Shown: piece after piece, positions 39,502 to 46,605 of the stretch | Layout of the letters: each line of letters starts with the position of its first letter | How positions within the stretch are numbered: position 1 is the stretch's first letter | IMG/VR virus record: IMGVR_UViG_3300021594_000960 | Coordinates: 1-64,000 of that record | DNA: 64,000 bases | Reading direction: 5' to 3' (one strand) | From: a virus | Made by a program: the position numbers and the translations under genes | Notes under the pieces: model-generated | Seen by the model: only the letters and a program-made list of their open reading frames with translations | Database searches by the model: none | Told to the model about the DNA's origin: nothing

Positions 39502-40212
39502 ATGAGCAAAATACTAACATCAGAAGAAAAAAAATACTTACAGAGAATTTGTAGATACTTGGGTTCATTAGGAATGAACCATGGTAGTATTGATTTCGAA
39601 ATGGAATATGGTGAATTTGATACTAATGACTATAATTGGAACCGTATTACTCATTTCTCTAACAATTATACTGCGGAAATTCCTGACGGATTAAAAGAAA
39701 TCTGTAAAAAACTGCTCAAGTATGTTGAAGAAAACGATTTAATTAATAATCCAGATGTCGAAAATTTAAACTGGGAACGAATTGAAATCGATGTTGATTG
39801 TGACGAGTCAACAATCTCTGTTGTTCATGATTATAATTACTTCGAAGCTAGTGATACTGAGTCAGTCACAAGAAGTTTGGAAGAAGATGGTGACGATGAA
39901 AGCTTAATGGAAGTGTTTGATGTTTTGGAAAATGATGATGAAATTGATGAAAGAGTTCTAAGAATTGATTATAACGGTAGTGGTGATAGCGGATACTTAG
40001 AAGACGCCTTTGATAATATAGGGGTCGATGTGCCAGCACAAGTTCAAGATTACTGTTATGGTATTTTAGAAAGTAATTTTGGTGGTTGGGAAATTAACGA
40101 AGGCTCACAAGGATATTTTGAAATTGATTTAGATAGAAAAGAAATTACTCTCTATCACACATCCAATCTTGATGAAACAGGAAGAGATACTGTTTTTGAA
40201 GAAGACTTCTAA
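39502..40212 (+). CDS. acidic protein (DUF6878-like C-terminus)
   Basis: YNGSGDSG...GGWEINEGSQG. Confidence 0.6.
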   Translation: MSKILTSEEKKYLQRICRYLGSLGMNHGSIDFEMEYGEFDTNDYNWNRITHFSNNYTAEIPDGLKEICKKLLKYVEENDLINNPDVENLNWERIEIDVDCDESTISVVHDYNYFEASDTESVTRSLEEDGDDESLMEVFDVLENDDEIDERVLRIDYNGSGDSGYLEDAFDNIGVDVPAQVQDYCYGILESNFGGWEINEGSQGYFEIDLDRKEITLYHTSNLDETGRDTVFEEDF

Positions 40213-40254
40213 ATTATTTGTTTTTTTAATCCAAATCCCTTATTTTTGTATTAT

Positions 40255-40341
40255 ACCTTGGTGGCGAAATCGGTATACGCGCAAGACTTAAAATCTTGTG
40301 GACAGAAAATGTCCGTGTGGGTTCAAGTCCCACCTGAGGTA
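40255..40341 (+). tRNA. tRNA-Leu(UAA)
   Basis: ACCTTGG/CTGAGGT; CAAGA-CTTAAAA-TCTTG; long variable arm; TATTTTTG at 40241-48. Confidence 0.9.
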
Positions 40342-40417
40342 GGCGTAACGGTAGCCGCGTTGGTCTTAGGAACCAATGACTTCGGTCGTGAGAGTTCGAG
40401 TCTCTCTTGGGGTACCA
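40334..40417 (+). tRNA. tRNA-Leu(UAG) lacking its own 5' acceptor strand (fused to the preceding tRNA)
   Basis: TTGGT-CTTAGGA-ACCAA, GAGAG-TTCGAGT-CTCTC, TTGGGGT-A-CCA; the 5' strand position is occupied by the 3' end of tRNA-Leu(UAA). Confidence 0.7.
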
Positions 40418-40426
40418 ATAGAACAT

Positions 40427-41140
40427 ATGTATATTCAAAGTCCATTAGTCCCAACGGGTGTTAATAACATTTATCATTTAGCACCAATCCCTGTATTCAT
40501 GAAAGTCTTTAATGACCATGAATTACATGATGAAGTTTTTCAATTAGGTTTAGATGTCCTGAGTCCCGCTCAGAAAAAAATGGGTCAAGAACTACCTGAG
40601 GTCTATGATGCTCAGAGACAAGAAAAATATGAAGTAAATTATAACCGTCAGGATATGTGGGTTGAACCAACTGAGTACAACCCCATCGGTAGTCGATTTT
40701 GGACCCCGCCAAACGATTTTCTCGATAGACCTGATACTTGTGTACAAATTATAAAAGACAGGTGTAAAAACGGTTATATGGAGTTATTAGACTCCTTAAA
40801 TTTTGTACACAAAAGAAACCCAAAAATAACTGAGTCTTGGATTCAATATTACAACCCCACAGAAGGTAGAGGTCATAACCAACATAATCATTGTCGTTGG
40901 TCTCCTGATGAAGAAACTGTATTGAATTTTGTGGGTGGTTATTATCTTTCAGACGGTAACCCAATAAAAGACCATCCTTACAGTGGTGTTTTTACGTTTC
41001 ACATCAGAGGTATGTCTTATTTCATTCGACCGAAAAAAGGTATGCTCATGATTTGGCCTTACGATATTGTACATTCTGTGAAACCATTTTATGGTGAAAC
41101 ACAGAGATGTGTTATCAATTTCAATATTCAGGACATATAA
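40427..41140 (+). CDS. 2OG-Fe(II) oxygenase-like protein
   Basis: ESWIQ...HNQHNH...PKKGMLMIWP...HSV.P...RCVINFN. Confidence 0.75.
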   Translation: MYIQSPLVPTGVNNIYHLAPIPVFMKVFNDHELHDEVFQLGLDVLSPAQKKMGQELPEVYDAQRQEKYEVNYNRQDMWVEPTEYNPIGSRFWTPPNDFLDRPDTCVQIIKDRCKNGYMELLDSLNFVHKRNPKITESWIQYYNPTEGRGHNQHNHCRWSPDEETVLNFVGGYYLSDGNPIKDHPYSGVFTFHIRGMSYFIRPKKGMLMIWPYDIVHSVKPFYGETQRCVINFNIQDI

Positions 41141-41144
41141 ATTA

Positions 41145-41174
41145 TTTGTTTTTAAAAAACTTTTACTATATTTG
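41145..41174 (+). promoter_or_regulatory. Bacteroidota-type housekeeping promoter (-33 TTTG / -7 TAnnTTTG)
   Basis: TTTG 41145-48 and TATATTTG 41167-74; similar -7 boxes at 36866, 40241 and 55089. Confidence 0.7.
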
Positions 41175-41191
41175 TAGTAATTATAATAACA

Positions 41192-41272
41192 ATGAGAACA
41201 CAGGTGCAACATATTGTCTACAGTCATCAACAAGAGATTTGTTGGATTAAGACACGCCCTGTAGTCTCGTGA
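41192..41272 (+). CDS. leader peptide 2 (MRTQVQHIVYSHQQEICWIKTRPVVS)
   Basis: 26-codon ORF between promoter and terminator; anti-terminator segment 41259-41269. Confidence 0.75.
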   Translation: MRTQVQHIVYSHQQEICWIKTRPVVS

Positions 41273-41366
41273 GAAGCCTATAATTCCTGAAGAGTTATAT
41301 ATAAGACCTCGAACTACAGAAATGAAGTTCGGGGTTTTTTCTTTTTGGGACTTTTGGTTCTTTGAA
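41259..41366 (+). promoter_or_regulatory. attenuator 2 plus boxA-like element
   Basis: terminator ACCTCGAACT(41306-15)/AGTTCGGGGT(41326-35) plus T-tract; CTGTAGT(C)TCG pairs with CGAACTACAG(41310-19); GTTCTTTGAA at 41357-66. Confidence 0.7.
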
Positions 41367-41476
41367 GTATTGCTGAACATGTTTTGAGTCAATATGGTTT
41401 ATTGATTTCTAAGGGAGGGTATGAAAGAGAAGTGAATTGGGATAGGTTAGAAGAATTAAAAAAAGAAATTAAATAA
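41366..41476 (+). pseudogene. start-less 3' gene fragment (SIAEHVLSQYG...LEELKKEIK)
   Basis: protein-like frame bounded upstream by an in-frame TGA with no ATG. Confidence 0.4.
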
Positions 41477-41490
41477 AGTAAGATTATTAG

Positions 41491-41565
41491 GGTCAGTTGG
41501 TCGAGTGGTTTAGGCGGTAGTCTGCAAAACTATTTACACAGGTTCGATTCCTGTACTGACCTCCA
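41491..41565 (+). tRNA. tRNA-Cys(GCA)
   Basis: GGTCAGT/ACTGACC-T-CCA; GTAGT-CTGCAAA-ACTAT. Confidence 0.93.
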
Positions 41566-41568
41566 CAA

Positions 41569-41641
41569 TGGAATGTAGCTCAGCTGGTAGAGCACTATTC
41601 TGATACGATAGTTGTCGGCGGTTCGAGCCCGCCCATTCCAA
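41569..41641 (+). tRNA. tRNA-Ile(GAU)
   Basis: TGGAATG/CATTCCA; CTATT-CTGATAC-GATAG. Confidence 0.9.
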
Positions 41642-41655
41642 CAAAATAAAATGTT

Positions 41656-42180
41656 ATGAGACGTAAAATCATTTTTATCGATGTAGATGGACCACTGGCA
41701 TGGGGAACATGGGGTGACGGTAGAGTTACGCTCAACGAAGCTTCTAAGACCTTCACAATCCCTTATCCATGGGTTCAGGAGGACTGCCAAGCATTACAAA
41801 AAATTTGTAACGAAACAAATGCGTCTTTGGTTGTAAGTTCAGATTGGAGAAAACACTTTAGTATAATTCAACTCAAAAGAATTTTTCAATACTATGGTGT
41901 AACCGCACCGATTGTAGACATTACAACTCATCAGTACCTTTGGAACAAAATGAGTAGACCATCTATAGAATGGGAGAGAGCCGCAGAAATCACAAAGTGG
42001 GTTAAGGACAACAAAATCACCAATTGGATTTCAATTGATGATATGAAACTTGATGAACAATACAAGTGGTTGAAACCAAGAATTCCAATGTGGAGACACG
42101 TACAGGTAGATGGTGATTGGGGTCACGGCGGAAGACTAAGAGACAAAATTGATGAATGTATAAAAAAATTAGAACGATGA
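41656..42180 (+). CDS. HAD-superfamily phosphatase (Swiss-army-knife RNA-repair type)
   Basis: IIFIDVDG, LVVSSDWR, R..EI..W, WISIDD. Confidence 0.8.
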   Translation: MRRKIIFIDVDGPLAWGTWGDGRVTLNEASKTFTIPYPWVQEDCQALQKICNETNASLVVSSDWRKHFSIIQLKRIFQYYGVTAPIVDITTHQYLWNKMSRPSIEWERAAEITKWVKDNKITNWISIDDMKLDEQYKWLKPRIPMWRHVQVDGDWGHGGRLRDKIDECIKKLER

Positions 42181-42464
42181 AAAAAAGATTATCATTAGAA
42201 CAGAAGAGAGAAAAAATGGTCGTTGATATGATTAATAAAATGTTCGAAATCGCAGGACATTCAGTAACATACGATGATGTTAAAGACCGTAAAGATGATT
42301 GGTATACTCAATGGACTATGACTGTCGAACAAAACGATGAGTGGAAAGATTGGGGTCAGAAATACCTCATCAAAGAACTCAAAATGAATAAGAAGTATGC
42401 TGAAACTCAAATGGGGATGATTTCCTTAATGTGGGGATTAAAGTTTAGTAATTTCAATTTATAA
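42177..42464 (+). CDS. hypothetical phage protein
   Basis: 95 aa; ends LMWGLKF. Confidence 0.65.
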   Translation: MKKRLSLEQKREKMVVDMINKMFEIAGHSVTYDDVKDRKDDWYTQWTMTVEQNDEWKDWGQKYLIKELKMNKKYAETQMGMISLMWGLKFSNFNL

Positions 42465-42480
42465 AGCGTAAATTTGTGAT

Positions 42481-43035
42481 ATGAAAATCAATAGAGCGGA
42501 TTTGTTATGGTTCCTGAGTAACATCCGAAGAAAACAAGAAGGAAAAGAACTTACTGACGAAATGCTAGTTGACCATATGGCACATTATATGGAGGCAAAT
42601 CCGAGATGTGTTGATATGCAAGGTGTTAGTACACCAGGTAGGTTCAGTTATTCTACTGTTGGATATGGTGTATTCAGTTTGATGGGTGAGAAGTATAGAA
42701 TGGGTAGGATTGAAATATTCGACAGAGAAAGTGATAGCGGATATCAAGTGTCTGAGGGAATCTATACAATGCCTTATGAAGCGGCAAGTCAATTTGAAGA
42801 TTTTATCGAATCTTTGGAAACTGACCTACCAATAAACATCGAAATAGGTTCTCATGGATGGTGTGAAGAGGAATGCGCAAAATCTTTGGGTTTTGAAAAC
42901 ACTGAAGCTATGAGAGACCCTGAAAACGTAAAAAAGTATCAAAGAATGAAAAACGATGAATATGCACGTGAACAAGGGTATGAAGATTGGGACGACCTAT
43001 TAGCTAAAAGTAAGTGGACAAAAAAACAAGGATAA
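42481..43035 (+). CDS. hypothetical protein
   Basis: 184 aa. Confidence 0.65.
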   Translation: MKINRADLLWFLSNIRRKQEGKELTDEMLVDHMAHYMEANPRCVDMQGVSTPGRFSYSTVGYGVFSLMGEKYRMGRIEIFDRESDSGYQVSEGIYTMPYEAASQFEDFIESLETDLPINIEIGSHGWCEEECAKSLGFENTEAMRDPENVKKYQRMKNDEYAREQGYEDWDDLLAKSKWTKKQG

Positions 43036-43448
43036 TGAAAGTTGTAATCGTAAGTGGATATTTCAATCCTGTCCATAAAGGACATATTGAATACTTTATC
43101 AAATCAAAAGAACATGGAGACAAACTCTATGTGATTGTGAATAACGATTTTCAACGTGAGTTGAAAGGAAGTAAAAAGTTCCAAGATGAGGACGAGAGAT
43201 TGGTAATTATCGATAGTTTAAAGATGGTAGATAAAACTATACTATCTATCGATAAAGACAGAACGGTTCGTGAGACGTTAAGAATGATTGCCTCTGAGGT
43301 TGAAGAAAACGTAGAGTTGTTTTTTGCAAACGGAGGAGACCAAAATAACGACACAATACCTGAAAAACCAATCTGTGATGAATTGGGTATCAAACTGGTT
43401 GACGGTTTGGGAGACAAGATTCAGTCCTCATCTTGGTTATTAAAATAA
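43035..43448 (+). CDS. cytidylyltransferase-family (HxGH) nucleotidyltransferase
   Basis: VSGYFNPVHKGH, FANGGD, KIQSSSWL. Confidence 0.88.
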   Translation: MKVVIVSGYFNPVHKGHIEYFIKSKEHGDKLYVIVNNDFQRELKGSKKFQDEDERLVIIDSLKMVDKTILSIDKDRTVRETLRMIASEVEENVELFFANGGDQNNDTIPEKPICDELGIKLVDGLGDKIQSSSWLLK

Positions 43449-43454
43449 TAAAAA

Positions 43455-43527
43455 GCGTGCGTAGCTCAATTGGTAGAGTACTAGTCTCCAAAACTAGGAG
43501 TTTCAGGTTCGAGTCCTGACGTGCGTG
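43455..43527 (+). tRNA. tRNA-Trp(CCA)
   Basis: GCGTGCG/CGTGCGT; CTAGT-CTCCAAA-ACTAG. Confidence 0.92.
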
Positions 43528-43529
43528 CA

Positions 43530-43619
43530 AAATGTAAACTTCAGTACCCACACAGTGGTGAGACGGGCTAAGTTAGATACGATTCCTCGGAGCTGGGAGT
43601 AGAATGCTGAAGAACATTT
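43530..43619 (+). ncRNA. candidate multibranch structured RNA
   Basis: closing helices AAATGT/ACATTT and CTTCAGTA/TGCTGAAG with internal hairpins. Confidence 0.45.
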
Positions 43620-43620
43620 A

Positions 43621-43755
43621 TAGGTTGATTGGGGAATGGTGAAACTAATGACTCGAGAGTGTATTTCGGTCAGTTTCATCGGAGTTGGGAGAAATACACC
43701 TGAGTAATGCCAATCGTAAAAGGAGTTGTCCACGCAACCATCTTCTCCTTTCCTT
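43621..43755 (+). ncRNA. candidate double-pseudoknot structured RNA
   Basis: GATTGG/CCAATC, GGTGAAACT/AGTTTCATC, GTGTATTTC/GAAATACAC, AAAGGAG/CTCCTTT, GGTTG/CAACC. Confidence 0.55.
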
Positions 43756-43760
43756 AATTT

Positions 43761-43842
43761 GGGAGTATCGCCTAGTGGCAATGGCAGAAGACTGTAAATC
43801 TTCCCTCTTTCGAGTTCGTTGGTTCGAGTCCAGCTACTCCCA
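43761..43842 (+). tRNA. tRNA-Tyr(GUA)
   Basis: GGGAGTA/TACTCCC; GAAGA-CTGTAAA-TCTTC; long variable arm. Confidence 0.93.
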
Positions 43843-43844
43843 CA

Positions 43845-43906
43845 AAATGATTGAAGTCCTGAGTGGTATCGGGAGGAAGTAACACAACCAAGTGTAACAA
43901 TCATTT
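43845..43906 (+). ncRNA. candidate three-way-junction RNA with kissing loops
   Basis: AAATGATTG/CAATCATTT closing stem; TCCTGA/TCGGGA and ACAC/GTGT hairpins with loops containing TGGT and ACCA. Confidence 0.5.
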
Positions 43907-43908
43907 AT

Positions 43909-43982
43909 GGACCCCTAGCTCAGTAGGTTAGAGCAAATGACTCATAATCATTAGGTCCACGGTTCGAGCCCGTGGGGGTCCA
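43909..43982 (+). tRNA. tRNA with CAU anticodon, probably Ile2 (lysidine type)
   Basis: GGACCCC/GGGGTCC; AATGA-CTCATAA-TCATT; body resembles Ile2 more than fMet. Confidence 0.85.
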
Positions 43983-43984
43983 CA

Positions 43985-44059
43985 AGACAGACACACGCTT
44001 CCCATGGTGTTAAAGTACAAGGATAATGAAGAGAATAATACGTCTCCTTAGGTCTGTCT
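43985..44059 (+). ncRNA. candidate structured RNA
   Basis: AGACAGAC/GTCTGTCT closing stem with internal ACAC/GTGT and AAGGA/TCCTT helices. Confidence 0.45.
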
Positions 44060-44064
44060 GAAAT

Positions 44065-44135
44065 TGTCGTATGGTGTAACGGTAACACAACAGATTTTGG
44101 TTCTGTTTTTCAAGGTTCGAATCCTTGTGCGACAA
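44065..44135 (+). tRNA. tRNA-Gln(UUG)
   Basis: TGTCGTA/TGCGACA; ACAGA-TTTTGGT-TCTGT. Confidence 0.92.
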
Positions 44136-44140
44136 CATAT

Positions 44141-44214
44141 GGTGGACGTAGCTTAGTTGGTAGAGCACTAGCTTGTGGCGCTAGTTGTCGTGGGTTCGAA
44201 TCCCACCGTTCACA
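44141..44214 (+). tRNA. tRNA-His(GUG)
   Basis: G-1 plus GTGGACG/CGTTCAC; CTAGC-TTGTGGC-GCTAG. Confidence 0.9.
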
Positions 44215-44219
44215 CACGA

Positions 44220-44304
44220 GGAGAGTTGCCTGAGTGGTTAAAGGAGCGGTTTACTAAACCGTGGTCGGGTAACTGACCCGCTGGTTCGAATCCAGCACTC
44301 TCCG
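44220..44304 (+). tRNA. tRNA-Ser with ACU anticodon
   Basis: GGAGAGT/ACTCTCC-G; GCGGT-TTACTAA-ACCGT; long variable arm. Confidence 0.88.
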
Positions 44305-44417
44305 CACTTTTTTTAACCTACTAGTTGACGATTTAGAAAACTTGGCGGCTGTTGTTGTAGACACTACTGCTGTTAAGGTAGAAGAAGTTAAATAATATTA
44401 CTTTTTCTTACAAAACT

Positions 44418-44445
44418 AAAAACCCATCTTTCGATGGGTTTTTTT
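44418..44445. terminator. bidirectional terminator closing the tRNA operon
   Basis: AAAAACCCATC-TTTC-GATGGGTTTTT. Confidence 0.8.
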
Positions 44446-45763
44446 ATTTTAATAATCTTTTAATTTTCTCGATATTCTCATTAAGTTTTTCATCTTCTTC
44501 ATTTCTTTCTTTTTTGAAAAACTTTGCAACTTTTTTAAAAGGAGCTTTAATTGCGTCTATAACGAATGGGTCGGTTTGTTTTTTCTCACCTGTTTCTGCC
44601 CATCTTTTTTGAGTCATTTCCCCTGTTTTTTTATCGTATCTATTTTTGAATATTTCAAAAGGTGCTAAAATTAATGATGCCATAGCAGGGTCAGTATAAG
44701 ACCTTGTGTTAGTTTGGGTTACATTTTCTACTTCATCATCTCCTCTGTATGTTGGTTTTTTTCTTTTTGTTTTTTTCTCAGAATAACTTCTCTCAAATTC
44801 TTTAGTATTCAAATTTTCTCTATGATATGAGCGATTCAACAACAAAACTTCAGCAATATCATTTTTATCCATAGAACCTATCACTTGTCCTTCAGACACC
44901 GATTCACCGTCTCTAACTCTTGGCTTTGTAACTCCACAATATTGTAAAAAATACCCCATCTCAACAGATTCGATTGTAATTTGATTTTTACAACCTGATA
45001 TTTTTTTCATGTTATTAATCACCCCATCAACAGGACTTTTTATTACTGAATTTGATGAACCAGGTATTGATATTGTTCCATATCTTCCTGATACATTACT
45101 TCCGAAAGATTCATTCAATCCGATTAATTTACCAAGACCCAAAGCAGCTTTGAACAATTCAGGGTCCGAGTTATAACTACTACTACCCCCACCGTAAGGC
45201 TTAGAACCTTTTTTTTCTTTATCAGAAGTATTTGTCTCGGTTGAAGAATCAGTTTGTGTTGTAGAATCTGAACTTGAGTTCTGAATAGGGTCTACACTAT
45301 AGTTTCCACCTGAGTATTTTTCTACAGTCCATTTTATCAATTCCGTGATAGTGTTTTTGTCTCCACTTATATCTACACCAGCACCTACAGGAGGCTCTCC
45401 TTCAAAGGTTTTGTAGTGAAAACTGTGTTTTGTGTGAACATCATCAACTTTACCATTTGGGTCTCTTTTAGCATAAGGGTTTTCTGTTGTTCTCAAACCC
45501 ATTTCGTGGGCTTTATCAATAACGTCCATAGCAACATCTCGATTTGTGAAACCGATGTGTAAGTGGTTATCATGGTTATTCCAAGTTATACCATCTACTT
45601 TTCTACCACCATCAAAACCAAAACCTACGGTTCCGCCTTTTTTTGTTGCGGGGTTATAAACTAATTCGTCGATACCTGAGATGTCGGCTTCAGAAAATAC
45701 CATTTTCTTATTCTCAAGAATGATATCGTAAATTCTGTTTATGTTTTTTAGTTCTCTACTCAT
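44444..45763 (-). CDS. putative cell-wall-acting protein: HxxHxH domain plus degenerate M23-like domain
   Basis: HDNHLHIGF, H...SFHY, IKSPVDGVI...VRDGESVSEGQVIG. Confidence 0.55.
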   Translation of the reverse strand: MSRELKNINRIYDIILENKKMVFSEADISGIDELVYNPATKKGGTVGFGFDGGRKVDGITWNNHDNHLHIGFTNRDVAMDVIDKAHEMGLRTTENPYAKRDPNGKVDDVHTKHSFHYKTFEGEPPVGAGVDISGDKNTITELIKWTVEKYSGGNYSVDPIQNSSSDSTTQTDSSTETNTSDKEKKGSKPYGGGSSSYNSDPELFKAALGLGKLIGLNESFGSNVSGRYGTISIPGSSNSVIKSPVDGVINNMKKISGCKNQITIESVEMGYFLQYCGVTKPRVRDGESVSEGQVIGSMDKNDIAEVLLLNRSYHRENLNTKEFERSYSEKKTKRKKPTYRGDDEVENVTQTNTRSYTDPAMASLILAPFEIFKNRYDKKTGEMTQKRWAETGEKKQTDPFVIDAIKAPFKKVAKFFKKERNEEDEKLNENIEKIKRLLK

Positions 45764-45811
45764 TAGTTATAAATATTGATGGTGGAATAAAAAAAACCGA
45801 GAATATCTCGG

Positions 45812-46141
45812 TTATCTGTTTGAACTATAATTCAATACTTTTTTACCCGTAGTTTCAACTTCTTTTTTTTCAACTATAGGTTTTGGTTCGATAGGAAGTA
45901 CTACTTTTTTCTTTTTTTCAACTTCTTTTACTAATCCGAATTTAACCCATTTATACCAAACTCTTTCATGAATATAATATTGAATTGGTTTATACAACAA
46001 TTCAACTACACCAAATGCTGCACCAACTTTCACACTTCCTGATGCCCACCACATAGCGAGAAAACCTATACCTGTACTTACTACTCTGTAACTTATTGTT
46101 TTTGCTAAGTGTCTTTTGTACGAAACTTTAATTTGACTCAT
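45812..46141 (-). CDS. DUF2061-like membrane protein
   Basis: RHLAKTISYR...YYIHERVW. Confidence 0.75.
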   Translation of the reverse strand: MSQIKVSYKRHLAKTISYRVVSTGIGFLAMWWASGSVKVGAAFGVVELLYKPIQYYIHERVWYKWVKFGLVKEVEKKKKVVLPIEPKPIVEKKEVETTGKKVLNYSSNR

Positions 46142-46523
46142 ATTTGTCTATCTTAGGAGGACCATCGAGGGTTTTAAATCCCATGTTCCTTTCTAAATTT
46201 ATTCCAACAGCCCTATCAAGTTCAGGTTGCTCGGGGTCTTTATCATTAAGAATAACTCTCGTTCCCCTACCACAATCCATAACAAGTTGATGATATTGGA
46301 CTCCAATTTTTTTCAACTCATCAATGGTGTAGTCTCTGTAAGATTCTGGACGTGCTGTAGTTATAATTATCACAGCACCAGATTTGTGCTGTTCGTTGAT
46401 GTAATCAACAACTTCTTTGATTGGAGTCAGAATTGCTGTTGCCAACTCATTAAATTTCCTGTATACAACCAATGTTCCATCAATATCGACGAAAAAGGTA
46501 GGGTTTTTTGTTACTTTGCTCAT
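46128..46523 (-). CDS. HAD-superfamily phosphatase (PNK-phosphatase-like)
   Basis: FVDIDGTL, IITTAR, LND. Confidence 0.75.
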   Translation of the reverse strand: MSKVTKNPTFFVDIDGTLVVYRKFNELATAILTPIKEVVDYINEQHKSGAVIIITTARPESYRDYTIDELKKIGVQYHQLVMDCGRGTRVILNDKDPEQPELDRAVGINLERNMGFKTLDGPPKIDKYESN

Positions 46524-46527
46524 ATTG

Positions 46528-46600
46528 AGCGGAAGACCAGGTTCGAACTGGCTACCCCCGACTTGGAAGGACGGTGCTCTACCAAATGAGCTACTTCCGC
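46528..46600 (-). tRNA. tRNA-Gly(UCC)
   Basis: GCGGAAG/CTTCCGC-T; CCGTC-CTTCCAA-GTCGG (one U-U mismatch). Confidence 0.9.
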
Positions 46601-46605
46601 TTAGG

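Noticed and set aside
40226-43904. Short ORFs overlapping tRNA genes (40226, 40246, 40949, 41530, 43503, 43685)
   Set aside because: Explained by the higher GC content of RNA genes; no protein-like features.
44017-44030. 14-nt identity ACAAGGATAATGAA with 43026-43039 at the cytidylyltransferase start
   Set aside because: Same-sense, AT-rich and partly inside a predicted helix; compatible with chance.
43528-44345. HDV-like (theta) or hammerhead ribozymes after tRNAs
   Set aside because: I could not find the nested P1/P1.1/P3 pattern or the CUGANGA/GAAA core in these spacers; a covariance-model search is still needed.
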